A stretch of 59,132 nt of DNA, counting the filler, from Sphacelaria rigidula (Eukaryota), in assembly GCA_964200075.2 (NCBI GenBank). It is 6 parts of 6 records of this genome, joined end to end, with 100 filler letters (N's around TTAATTAATTAA, not from the genome) between each part and the next. Parts side by side here need not be neighbours in the genome. Positions count along the whole stretch, not along the records: positions 19,747 to 29,518 come from CAXNAA020007795.1; positions 29,619 to 39,390 come from CAXNAA020007796.1; 4 more parts are not named here. One strand, given 5' to 3'. The stretch's first letter is position 1. Every line of letters starts with the position of its first letter. The position numbers and the translations under genes were made by a program. Under the pieces are notes generated by a model. The model had not been told where the DNA came from, did no database searches, and saw only the letters and a list, made by a program, of their open reading frames with translations. Positions 23,961 to 34,711 of the stretch are shown in pieces.

Positions 23961-26900
23961 GCACTTCACGGCAAAACGCGTCTACGATAGTCTACGTAAT
24001 GTTTCTGACGCGGAAAATGCGGGGAAGCGAGTGGTTGTCGGCATGTCTGGGGGGGTTGACTCGTCAGTCGCGGCGATGCTAATGAAGCAAATGGTGAGTG
24101 AGTAAGTGAGCAAGCAGAGGCTGTATTTTGTGGGTGCGCTCATGGGTACGGTCAAAATCAGGGAGGAGGTTGTATCTTGTCAGGAGTCAATGCTGGATGT
24201 TGGGAGGTGCGGGGAGGCTTGGGGATGGTTGAGAATGTGTCGCGTGCCTGACACGGTATTGGGTCCGCTATATTGGGCGTGCCAAAAACGACGCAACAGG
24301 GGGGATGATGATGTTGACGGTGCTTTTTGGTTGGCCAACGTATACCGATCGCCCCAGCGGCTCAGTTGGTTGCTTCGAAACCTTCTGACGGTTGGGACGT
24401 GGGTTCGAATCCCGGTGAAGTCACACGATCTGGGATTTTTTTTCTCACATGATACGCCCAACAGTGGAGAGCGACTATGGCGTGGGGACACATTGTCCGA
24501 CTTCACGGTCGACAAGGGAAAGGGACGACTGAACCCTCTTTTCCTCGCGATAAAGAGAAATTCGAGCACCGCAGAAGGATGGTGAAGTGCCGAAACAAAT
24601 TGAAGAACAAAAACTCCTGTGTGAGCTCGGTTGACGCACACACATATATCGAAAGATATCGATTGACGTTCAGAACAGATGGGATGACAACACAACACCG
24701 TAAGCATACCAAACTAAGGGTTTGATGTGTTTTTGCTTGCTCTCTTTTCTTGGCGGCGGCGGGGGGGGGGGGCGAACCACAACGCGACAAGGGTTATGAT
24801 GTCGTCGGTGTGTTCATGCGAAATTGGGATCGAGATGACGAAGAGGGCCAGGAGGCGTGCTCCGCGGATAGCGATCTGCAGGATGCGCGGAAGGTTGGCG
24901 AGCTCTTGGGTATCCCCGTAGAGACGGTGAGTGAGTTTTTTTTTTTGCCCAGTTTGATCACGCATTTGTCCCGGAAGAGCGTCCCGGTCGGTTTGCATGT
25001 ATTCTCATTTTTTCCTGGTTGTGCAATCTGGTTGGTTACCATAACAATAGTTCCCCCGCACCATCGTTCGTGTTTACGTGTCTCCGAGACGGTGAGTGGA
25101 ATTATTTTTCATTTTTTGCCATTTTTTTCACGCATGTTCCGGAAGAGCGTCCCGGTTTGCATGTATTCTCACTTTTTTCTGGTTGTGCGATCTGGTTGGT
25201 TTCCATAACGATAGTTCCTCCGCACCATTGTTCGTGTTTACGTGTCGTGTCAAGTTACTTCCTGTGTATTGGCTATTGGACCAGATGGTCTCTTCTCCCT
25301 CATCGGATGAACTTCAATCTCTAGGGTGTGTGCCATGACTTGGGTCGATTTAGACGATCGTGTCATTCCAGACAGCTGGGGGCGACTTGCCCCAGGGATA
25401 TCGATATCAACTACAGGCGGCTCGGAAAACCACAGTCGACGGTTGTGGATTCTATGACTGCGTTTTGTCTGAGCTTATGATGGATTGGTTGTCGTATATC
25501 GCCGGATCCGCTGGAAATCCGACCGTGGTCACTGGATAGACATACCCAAGGAAAATGAAAAACAAAAATACTGGCGATAACAAAGGAAGCTCGAGAAAGA
25601 CAAGAAATGGAGAGAGAAAGAGAGAGAGAGTAAAGTGAAAAGCAAGAAACGGCACAAGAGCAGCAAAACAAGAACTAGACAAAAGGAGAGGGAGGAGGGA
25701 AGAGTACCCGTCTGTTTTGCTTGCTTTGGTCGTTTGACCATTTGCCACGCATCCCTTTCGACACGGGGCGCGACGGAGCAAAAGGGAGGGGGAGGGGGGA
25801 GGGAGGGGCGTACTCATTTGTTGCTTGCCTTAATCGTGTGGCCATTGACCACGCATCCCTTTCGAGACGGAGCAAGGGAGAGGGGGGGGGCAGGAAAGGA
25901 AAGGAAAACGAGAAACAAATAACGCCAAGATAGACTTAGAGTACCATTATTGCTACATGCAAAAGAGGAATGGTCGACTCCTGCCGCATGGCGTCAGGTG
26001 AGGAGGCCTTTCAATATCAAACCATATATAACGAGAATGCCGGCGATACTTGTACATAATGTATTTTGACGTGTGTAGTAGCCTGCCGTGGTACAGTGAC
26101 TCGCAAGCCCCATCTTTGTCCCCTGGGGACGGTTCCTGCAGCGATCGAGCTTGAGCTTTCAGAACTCCTCAACCCTGTTGAATTCGATGAGGAGGCGTGT
26201 TTCCGAAGCTGTTGAATTTGACTTTGACTAGCCTTTGCCGATACAGCTGTCCGCATTTCTTTTGCCTTCGTCGCGCACTGTTTAGCCTCCCGCCCCCCGC
26301 CCCACCGATCTCGAACACAGACGAACTTCTCTCGAGAATACTGGACGGAAGTATTCGCCCCGTCCTTAGAAGAAATCACGCAGGTGAGGCCGAATTAGCG
26401 TGGCAAAAATTCTGATTTATTTCTGTTCGTACCGTTGTTTCAACAGAAGTCATGTGGTGGGTGTCTGACTAGTGCAGTTCTGGTGAACGTACATCGATCA
26501 CTCATACGTTGGGGGGATTGTCTAGACATGATGATGGTGTAGCAATGGGGGTGAGATGCTTTTTTCGAATTGATGGAGGCGAGCGCGGTTTCGGTAGGCC
26601 CTTCGTATCGCCTGTACTTCGCTACGTCATCCTCCAACGCCTGCTCGGACGAACTTTGCCACGTTAAAGTGGCGATCGCGCTGTCATTCGTGATGCGTTC
26701 AGTGCACAACACCTAATGGGCATAAAACTGCTGTTTAATTTTTTCCCTTCTTTCTCGTCTTGTCTTTGACCCCTCCCCGTCCTCGGGATGAGCCCGTAGC
26801 TCAAAAAAGGATCAAACAAGTGTTTCTCCCTGGGTACGTGCTAGACATTTTGGCGTTGTGAATTTCATCAGCAGGCCCGTACCTCGTCGACACTCGTCAA

Positions 26901-29175
26901 ATAAAAATCTCCTTGCCACGCTATTGCTACGCGCATCCTCACGTTCCCAACGGTAAAATTCGGAAATTTCTCGGGAAAAAAAACAACGTGTCTCCCGGGA
27001 TCAGAACCGTCGACCTTCCGCCCTCACCAGTTCACGATATAATGTTTTCATCTTTACCACCGCGCCGCGGTGCTGTGCGTGGTGAAAGCTACATGCGACT
27101 GCTCCCTGTCCTTGCGCGCCTCCTCCTATCCTTTATTACAGTGTAGTCATCACGTTGTCTGGCTGCACTCTTTTCGGAATAACTGCACGGTTCGGACGAA
27201 TCATCGCCGCTTCGAATCACTAAATGTACAATTTTTCGGAGATATGTACGGATAAAACCGTGGTTTTACGGATTGAAGACTGTAGCGTCAGAACAAAAAA
27301 TGAACTTGAAAAAATGTGGGACACAAAAAAGTAACCGGTACGGGACTCGATCCGCGCACGTTCCGCTTCGAACGGATTCATATTACGGCTCCTGCTACGG
27401 ATTTACAGCGTAATCCGTGGCGAAATTTTGACGGATTTTAAACCGCGGACTTTTCCTTCAAATGGCTCCTCAGCGAACATGCTGGTTCGATTCCTAGTCA
27501 TCATCAGCTGTGTTATTTCCCCTTCTTTGCGTCAAACTTCTTTTTCTGTTGAATTCAGAGCAAAAAGAAGAAAAAAAAACGTGATTTCCTCCGTACACAC
27601 CCCTGCAACTTTTAAGGCGTGATTCCTCGAGAAAGAGAAAAACGTTGACCGCTGCGGTCAAGAAGATCCCCATGCAATTTTTGCGCCATTTCACGTGCCC
27701 GGGCCGAGTGTACTTGGGTTGCAGCGCTGCAGTCAAAGCCTGAGGATTGATTCGTCCGGTACGACTCATTCATACTAAAATCAAGTAATTACCAGACGAA
27801 CCATTTGATTCGTCCGACCCTTGAATAACTGCGCACCTCTCAGAGCACATGTCGTGCGTAGCTGCATGAGCGAGATTTTGTTGTTGCTCGAGAAAACGCA
27901 GACACTGACCACATCAGACATACAGCAGTCTACCTTCTGCCCCCATCTTTTGTTGGACGGTACCTCACCCGGTCCCGTCGCCCCGCCACATCCACCTGAC
28001 AGGGACGAACTCCCAATTTCGACGTGTGGTGCAACCGTTTCATCAAATTCGACGCGTTCAGGAAGTACGCCATGGATGTCCTTCGAGCAGACCTTGTCGC
28101 TACCGGTAAGAGTTTTATCTCTGCAACATCCGCCATATCTAGGAGACTCCTGGTCATCTTGTGCAGCAAGCCATGGTTGACTGCAATCCCGAAAGCTCGT
28201 TTTATACACGGTAAGGAAGTAGGTTATGCGTGCCGTGAGCCATATGCAGCCGGCCTTGTGGCCACTCGTGCATATTTCCAAGTAGTACCGTTAGGCGTGA
28301 CTACAGTTTGATGTCGTGAGGGGGGGAAAGTTTCGAAAATCGCCCCTTCATGACTAATCACGATGTTTCTGCAGTGAGGGTAGCTTCCAATCGAGACTGC
28401 ACTACTGGTTCATGACTATTTGTCGTGCTCTTAAAGCCCCTCACGTGCTGCCAGAGCATCAGCACCGCAAAGCATGTACCTCTACGGGTATCACGCATGA
28501 GCTGAAGAAAGGTGACGCTTCTTCCCTATCTGGTACTGTGTTACTGAAGATCATAAGAAGCCTTTTTCACGAGAACGAAAACATTGCGTGCCGTTGCTGT
28601 TAATCTCGAAATCTCTCCCATCTCCGCGCAAAGGAGATGATCGTACTACGTAGTATTTGCATGGTGAGACATACACTCATGAGGTAGTGTATAAGTCGTG
28701 GCTGTCTCTGAAAGTTGCGTTATCAGAAAATGAAGCAACCCATTGTAGACTGTCATCCATATGCGAAATAACCAGCGCGCTTCGGGCCGAATAATGTTAG
28801 CAGGATGCAGCTCACCCTTCGTGCGACTCGGCGAACACACCACAGCGCTTCGCGCTCGGTGATTGATGGCGAGCCTGGTCCGGCAAAAATCCAGCGTGCT
28901 CCGTCCCGACTTTGTAGGGATGCGAGGTCAACGGCCAAATGACCACGGCATGCAAGATCATGAGTAACCCCCCCCCACCCCCCCCCCACTGTGGGTACAT
29001 TCGTGCATGATCCACCCGTGCCGCCCTTGTGGGTAATTTCACTACAGGACACTACGCCAGGATTGGACCTGGGCCCTCGGGTGGATGGGAAACACCGGTT
29101 TTGCTGTCGGGGGAGGATACAGACAAGGATCAGTCCTATTTCCTTTGCGCAGTGCCCAGCTCGGCGCTTGCTAAC
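23961..29175 (+). CDS. mnmA: tRNA-specific 2-thiouridylase MnmA/TRMU, partial; exons 23961-24093, 24792-24926, 26321-26383, 28003-28105, 29048-29175
   Basis: Spliced protein KRVVVGMSGGVDSSVAAMLMKQM|GYDVVGVFMRNWD..CSADSDLQDARKV..LGIP..|TNFSREYWTEVF..|GRTPNFDVWCNRFIKF..ATG|HYAR..DTDKDQSYFL: PP-loop SGGVDS, CN.FIKF, ATGHYA and KDQSYFL motifs; all introns GT-AG and phase-consistent. First exon uncertain; the gene continues past the contig end. Confidence 0.95.
24351..24705 (+). mobile_element. tRNA-derived SINE family 1 in an mnmA intron
   Basis: GCCCCAGCGGCTCAGTTGG..CCTTCTGA..GGTTCGAATCCC head plus shared body. Confidence 0.85.
24921..25245 (+). repeat. ~165-bp tandem duplication including the 5' splice site
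   Basis: GAGACG|GTGAGT at 24921 repeated at 25086, followed by near-identical intron sequence. Confidence 0.85.
25480..25700 (-). mobile_element. RTE-like LINE 3' UTR fragment
   Basis: Reverse complement: pyrimidine-rich tract, then TTGGGTATGTCTATCCAGTGACCACGG...CGACAACCAATCC. Confidence 0.55.
25704..25874 (-). mobile_element. Two tandem module-C mini retro-tails (25704-25780, 25809-25874)
   Basis: Both match the 3' end of LINE 55254-59070; separated and flanked by GGGAG-rich tracts. Confidence 0.8.
26975..27072 (-). mobile_element. Second tRNA-like Pol III head (SINE family 2 or tRNA pseudogene)
   Basis: Reverse complement GGCGCGGTGGTAA (A-box-like) ... GGTTCTGATCCC (B-box-like), then T8. 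Confidence 0.4.
27186..27823. mobile_element. hAT-type MITE family E (638 bp) in an mnmA intron
   Basis: CACGGTTCGGACGAATC / GATTCGTCCGACCCTTG; perfect TSD AATAACTG. Confidence 0.88.
28625..28967 (+). mobile_element. Non-coding retroelement family D (~350 bp) with C-tract tail
   Basis: Homologous to 43881-44225, 49030-49261, 49362-49437, 29460-29510 and 59083-59132; 3' end resembles module C; C-run at 28968-28988. Confidence 0.75.
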
Positions 29176-29382
29176 GTAAGTTGTGAAGCGAAAGATATGT
29201 CCATTGATACGAGCACATTACGATAATGTCCATGTTGTACCTAGTGAGAAAGTCAGACTTGCTGGAAGTAACGTAGGTGACGTCGAAAACGGTTATCATC
29301 CACTCACCTCCTCCCATTCCCCCCGCACGCACGCACGCGCGCCCCCCTGACGATCCTGGAGCCATGCTGCGATAGGGAGGGG

Positions 29383-29441
29383 CGTACTCATTTTTTGCTT
29401 GCCTCAGCCGTTTGACCATTGGCCACCCATCCCTTTCGAGA
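29383..29441 (-). mobile_element. Module-C mini retro-tail
   Basis: Matches the LINE 3' end; GGGAGGGG flank. Confidence 0.75.
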
Positions 29442-29674
29442 TTGACCCCCCCCCTATCTCAGCCTGGTCCGGCGAGAACCCGGCGTGCTCCGTCCCGGCT
29501 TTGTAGGGGCGGACCCCCNNNNNNNNNNNNNNNNNNNNNNNNNNNNNNNNNNNNNNNNNNNNTTAATTAATTAANNNNNNNNNNNNNNNNNNNNNNNNNN
29601 NNNNNNNNNNNNNNNNNNGGAAGCCACAAGATTTTTGCGGTCGGCGGTTGATGGCGTGGGTCTCAAATGCAACG

Positions 29675-31595
29675 ACAAGTGGTGGGTCATAGAGCACTCT
29701 TGTTCATCGTGACACATATCTCGTCCCAGCTTGTAACGCATGACCTTCTCACATGGGAATTCTCAAAAGATATCCTTGCTGGCATGTGTGTAACAGAGAA
29801 CAGTAGCGGTGACGGGAACACCGCCCTGTTTTTTCAACTACATGCGCTGCAGCGCACAGAAGCGCTTCCTGTCCAAAAGCGAGGCAAAGAGAAATCGATA
29901 TTTGCATTGGTAAGCTCCACAGACAAGAGGAGACGAGAACCCTTCGCACCTTGGTGTTCTTTGGGGTGCTGTGCAGCAATAACCTGCCTACCAGCACATG
30001 CGAAATGGGGTCAATGCTGGTAACATCCATGATGCCAGTCTCTCGAGCGATTGGGAATCGCCGAGCGAGGACACACGAAGGACACGGGCGAGGAGCTTCC
30101 CCTCTGCCGTTACTCCTCTGGTGGTATCGTCATCGACACGCGTGTACACCGCATTCGTTCGGTGCACCTAGCCACAACAGCTTAACTGCTACAGATTTGG
30201 GGAGGGGAGAGATGGTTTCGCTTGGTGTAGCTGTTTCGCGTCATCCCTGCAAAAACGTCATGCCACTTCAACCCCATTTTAGTGTTCAACCCCAAAACAT
30301 AGAATTGGCTTTTTATATAACGTGAAAATAGGCGCTGTCTTGCGGCGGTTGCCTGACGACGGTTACTACCCTGTCATTGCAGGAGCCTGACGACGTTTTC
30401 CACCGGTCAATGCAGGAAACAGGCGTTTCGAATATTGTACGTCCTCATGAAATGCGGGCGCATATATCTGCATTCGAGTATGTGCACTTGCCCCCACAAC
30501 CGCTGCGAGACAGTACGTTTTGATGACCATCTCCACGTAGAGCACACATTCCACACGTGAAGGAGTTCTGCTCCATCCTGGGATACAAATTCGTTGCCGT
30601 AGTATATTAGATCTTACCCCTACTGAGGCGATCACAAATCTGCATGCTATGCTTCGTTTTGGAGCAGCCGAGTCTAATTTTGGGGTTGAACACTCAAGTG
30701 GGGTTCAACCCCCATTCGAAAAATCGAGAATTCACGCCAAAGAGGATCACCACGGGAAGGAATTTTCGCAAGCAGCGTTTCTGTTGCAGATATGCCGGTG
30801 TGGTTAGGTGCACCTGATGAATGCCGTGCACACGCGTGTTGATGACAATATTACCAGAGGATCAACGGCGGAGAGGAAGCTCCTCGCCGGTGTCATTCAT
30901 GTGTCCTCGTTCGTCGATTCCTAATCGTTACAGATATTGGCATCATGTTATAGTACCAGCACATACCCAGGTTGCCATGTGTGAGCAGGCGGCTTATTAT
31001 AGCACAGCCGCGGAAACAAGATCGCGGGATGCCCCAGCTGTCGTTTCCTGTCTGTGGCGCTGACCAATACAAATATCAATTTCTCCCTGCCTCTCTACTT
31101 GGACAGGAAGTGCCTCTGTGCGCAGTAGAACACGTCGTCGAAAAGCAGGGTGACGTTCCCGTCACCGCTACGGTTCTTTTACACACACATGCGAGCAAGG
31201 ACGGCTGCGCCCTCGCGGCAAGATCTAACAATCGGAAGCTGGGGGGCGTTATTGCAGTCGTTGAGTTTACCCGACGTCTGAGAAACAAGGACAGCAGACT
31301 GTCTGCCACATCCCAGTTGGAGGGGTGGATGTATGAGAGACCAAACACTCGTGTAGACCTTCTTGGTATGCGGAGTGGAAACAGATACCTCGTGCGGGGG
31401 ACTTAACTCTTGCTGGCGCGACCGAAATGGGGGCTGAGATCCTGTAATTGAGCTTCCTGCTGTCAACCGGTCGCATGCATGGTGTGTGTGTCGGGGGGAC
31501 GTCTGTTGCAAAAAATTGTTATGTGAGGAGAGTCATCCTAAGCGAAGGCGAGATGTGGTTAGAAACAGAGGTGTCCTATGATTAACCACCTGCCA
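29675..31595. repeat. Large diverged inverted repeat (arms ~29675-30300 and ~30675-31595)
   Basis: e.g. CCTTGCTGGCATGTGTGTAACAGAGAACAGTAGCGGTGACGGGAAC vs its inverse at 31155-31200; the right arm has ~295 bp extra at 31203-31497. Confidence 0.8.
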
Positions 31596-31770
31596 TTGCA
31601 TTCCTAACCCGCGCCGACAAGCGCTGACAAGAAAGGTTTTGCCTGAGAAGAGCGTTCGAGCAACGACAGGAGTAGGCAGTCTGTTCAGCCCGGAATGTTA
31701 CTGCAATTTCGTCACTGCATGCACTGGTTGTAGCAATTTAATTGCACAAGCCTTGTGAGGGAGGAGGTTG

Positions 31771-32157
31771 ATCATATGAGAACCTTAATCGGTTAAATCA
31801 AAACCATGGCCACAAGCTGAGGGGAAGTGCAAGAGTTGGGTTCGGTCAGCCGTTCGAGGATACCTACAACAAGTTGTTTCACCAAACGTTTCTGGAATTT
31901 GCAAAGAGCGATCAGTATAGAACCGAGCTGAAGTGGGCCCGTTTATGTTCGAAATTGAATTTCTCTCATAGAAAAGGCTTTGCGTTTGGAAAAAGGTGAG
32001 TTCCTTCCAGAGGAAACTCTTTCGGGGCCCAGCAATGTTTCTTGGAGCTTGCAAAAACTGTGGCATTGTTTTATATACCTGGCAGAAGGGGGGAGTGCGC
32101 GTTCTGATAGCTTGCGACAGCCGTTTTGATTTAACCGATTAAGATTCTCATATGATT
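31771..32157. mobile_element. MITE (~387 bp)
   Basis: ~35-bp TIR ATCATATGAGAA(C/T)CTTAATCGGTTAAATCAAAAC. Confidence 0.75.
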
Positions 32158-32477
32158 AGAAACGCCTTTGTAAAAACAGGGTTTTGCTCATCGAAAGCCT
32201 CCAGGCCGCAACAGATAGCCGTCACCGCCAGGGGGAAGTCCCCTCGGTCATCTCCAGTATTTATTCCGTCACCGATGCTGGTGTTGTGCAAGCAGAAAGT
32301 TCTGGTTCATGAGTTAGACAGAGCAAGATGAATTTTGTCTCCTATCGACACTTTTTCTTCCTCTTTTTGAAACATTCGATCTTCTCGTCGTCCTATGAAG
32401 TAGAATGATGCATTGGTGGATTGATCATCGTACATTGACTGATTCGCCACGAATAGAGCTGTGGACATAGCACACAC

Positions 32478-32785
32478 AGCGATGTTTTCGTGAGATCGAG
32501 AGGAAAGCGTTGATTTAGGGTGGCTTCTATATTTCGCTTGAAGTTGACCATTTTTCATTCTGGGTGTGCTTCTCATTTTTTGCTTGTAACACTGGTGTGT
32601 GCTCAGAGATACACGTCGATATCCTACTCACGGATATCAAGGGCTTCACTGGCAAGCTGCAACATATAGATTGCCCTGTGTCCAGGGTACTTCCAATTTC
32701 ATTTTTTTCGGTGTCTGTGACGTTGCGGTCTTGGATTGCGACGGTAAAGCCGGAGCGGTCTCGGCTGGGTCCTTCTACTCTCAAA
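32478..32785. mobile_element. MITE family B, diverged copy
   Basis: TTTTCGTGAGAT start, CACGTCGATATCCTACTCACGGATATCAAGGGC core, CTACTCTCAA end. Confidence 0.65.
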
Positions 32786-33729
32786 TGAAGGTCTGCCCCA
32801 CGCACCCGGGGTATGGTGATGTGCGGTCACACGGAAGCGTAAAGTTGTATTGAGGCATCAGTCGTGCTCGTGTTATCGCCGTCGCCCTACACTCACAAGC
32901 GCCCGCAGCAAGCCGGCGCTGAGACGCGAGCCGTTTCCCGAAAAATTCCCGCTAGGTCTTTCCGCACTAGTCCCAGCCACTACCATTCCTGTTTTCAAGT
33001 ACACGTACACGACTTGCTTCCTGGTATGCCATAGACTCTTATTTGCAAATTGCTGTTTCTCAGGCAGACAGGAGACAGTGTCAAGCGTGAAGCAGCTGCA
33101 CGCTGGGCCGAGGGGCCCCATATCGGGAAATGACGGCACCATCACCCTCTTCAGGTCGCCCAAACCTCATTCTGGGGCCATAGGCGGAGAAGGGGGGCGA
33201 CCCGTGGGTACCCTATTTTAGGAGGGGGGGTACCCCCCTGATCGATGGATAATGGCGATAGTAGTTGCTGTGTGTGTGCGCTTCGGTCTTCAGAGCACAG
33301 ATCTATATACAAGTACGGTACATAAAATATATGCTAATTGCTGCTGTGTTCGACACTGCGTACCAACCGCAGCGTGACGCGTTTCGGCGGTACTACCTGC
33401 TCACTGCACAGCGGTAGAGTGCAGGGTGACAAAACACACCGCAGGACATCACATCCTTAGCCTATCCCTGTCCTGCATTGATTCCGCGTTGTTCTATGCA
33501 GTTCGCCACATCATGAACACAGCCGCTTGTACCTGCAGCCAACGTGTACGCAGGATATCACCCCTCGCTACGCGCTATATCGCTACGCCACATTTTGTAA
33601 AGCTGTCCGTGTTGCAGCTGCAGCGTGTGTTTGCCCCAGGTGGCGTACGCAGGAGTGAAATGCCGTCTCCGTCGCTGTAATGGCTGTCTGTATTTCGGGC
33701 GAAGCTGTATGGTAACACAGCTGCTGCTG

Positions 33730-33805
33730 GTGCGCCCACATATACCGAAAGGTGGAGACCGGCGCCCAGAATATATGGGACGACAACACCCACAACACAC
33801 AGACC
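33730..33805 (+). mobile_element. SINE family 1, 3' tail fragment
   Basis: Matches 1022-1100. Confidence 0.6.
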
Positions 33806-34469
33806 GTGCGCAGTACACTTCCAATATCGTGTTCGTACTGACGGTAGAAATCTTTTGTTCACGGTCTGATACGTTTCCATGTATAATACAGAGTCAGGTA
33901 CATCTCCACCTATATTGCAATGGAGGGTCTGGTACATTTCCACATGTAAGTGTATGTATTGTATATTTCCGCATGTAAATGTATATAATGTTGCTCAGTA
34001 ATATGGTGAAAAAAAATCCGCAACATCTGGGGTAACTGCAGGTGAGGCAATAGCCGAAATACCCACCTGGAAACTCTGCTCCAATGCACTCTAAGTTGAT
34101 ATCGCTAGAAGGACGCTACCATAACCACCTTGCCGGTTGCCAGACGGTCAGACGTAGAACCCGCTAGCATTGTAGTGGATGTTGCCCCCTTGTCGGGTAC
34201 GCTTTGGAGCATGATACTAGATGTAAACCATCCTTGTACATGGGCACCAAACGCTGGGCGTTCGTACTCAAGACTCCGATTTGGAGGACGATACTATGTA
34301 GGGGGCAGCAACTGCTGAGTGTCCAGGTGCCACTTCGAGCAAGATGCGTTTGGTTTCTGTTTGAGAAAGTTTCCCCCAAAACACGAAATCAATAGGGGTT
34401 TTAGAGTGGAAATACCTAGCAAAAAAAAGTCGCAAATATTGAGTCGCAAAAATCAAGTCGCGAAAACCA

Positions 34470-34711
34470 TTTATTTCTGTGCTTTGCTTGTGTTGAATTT
34501 TTATCAAGTTTTTTTGTCACGACTTAGTCTGCTATGTCGTTCTGTTCGACCCCTTTCTTTTCTTTTTTCCTGTTCCTATTTTTTTCTGTTTTTTTTGTTT
34601 TCCTTAGAGCGTGTTCGAATTTTTTTTTTTCTTGAGTACGTCTATCATGAGACCAAGGCTGGACCCCTGGGGGGTCGGTCAAAGTGCGACAATCAATCAA
34701 TCAATCAATCA
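34470..34711 (+). mobile_element. 5'-truncated RTE-like LINE tail with (CAAT)5 and TSD
   Basis: TSD AAAACCA at 34463-34469 and 34712-34718; (CAAT)n tail. Confidence 0.75.

Noticed and set aside
24351-24425. Functional tRNA gene
   Set aside because: The acceptor stem does not close and the head continues into a SINE body seen in many copies.
5339-29175. RNA-modification gene cluster (pseudouridine synthase + mnmA)
   Set aside because: The genes are on different contigs joined artificially.
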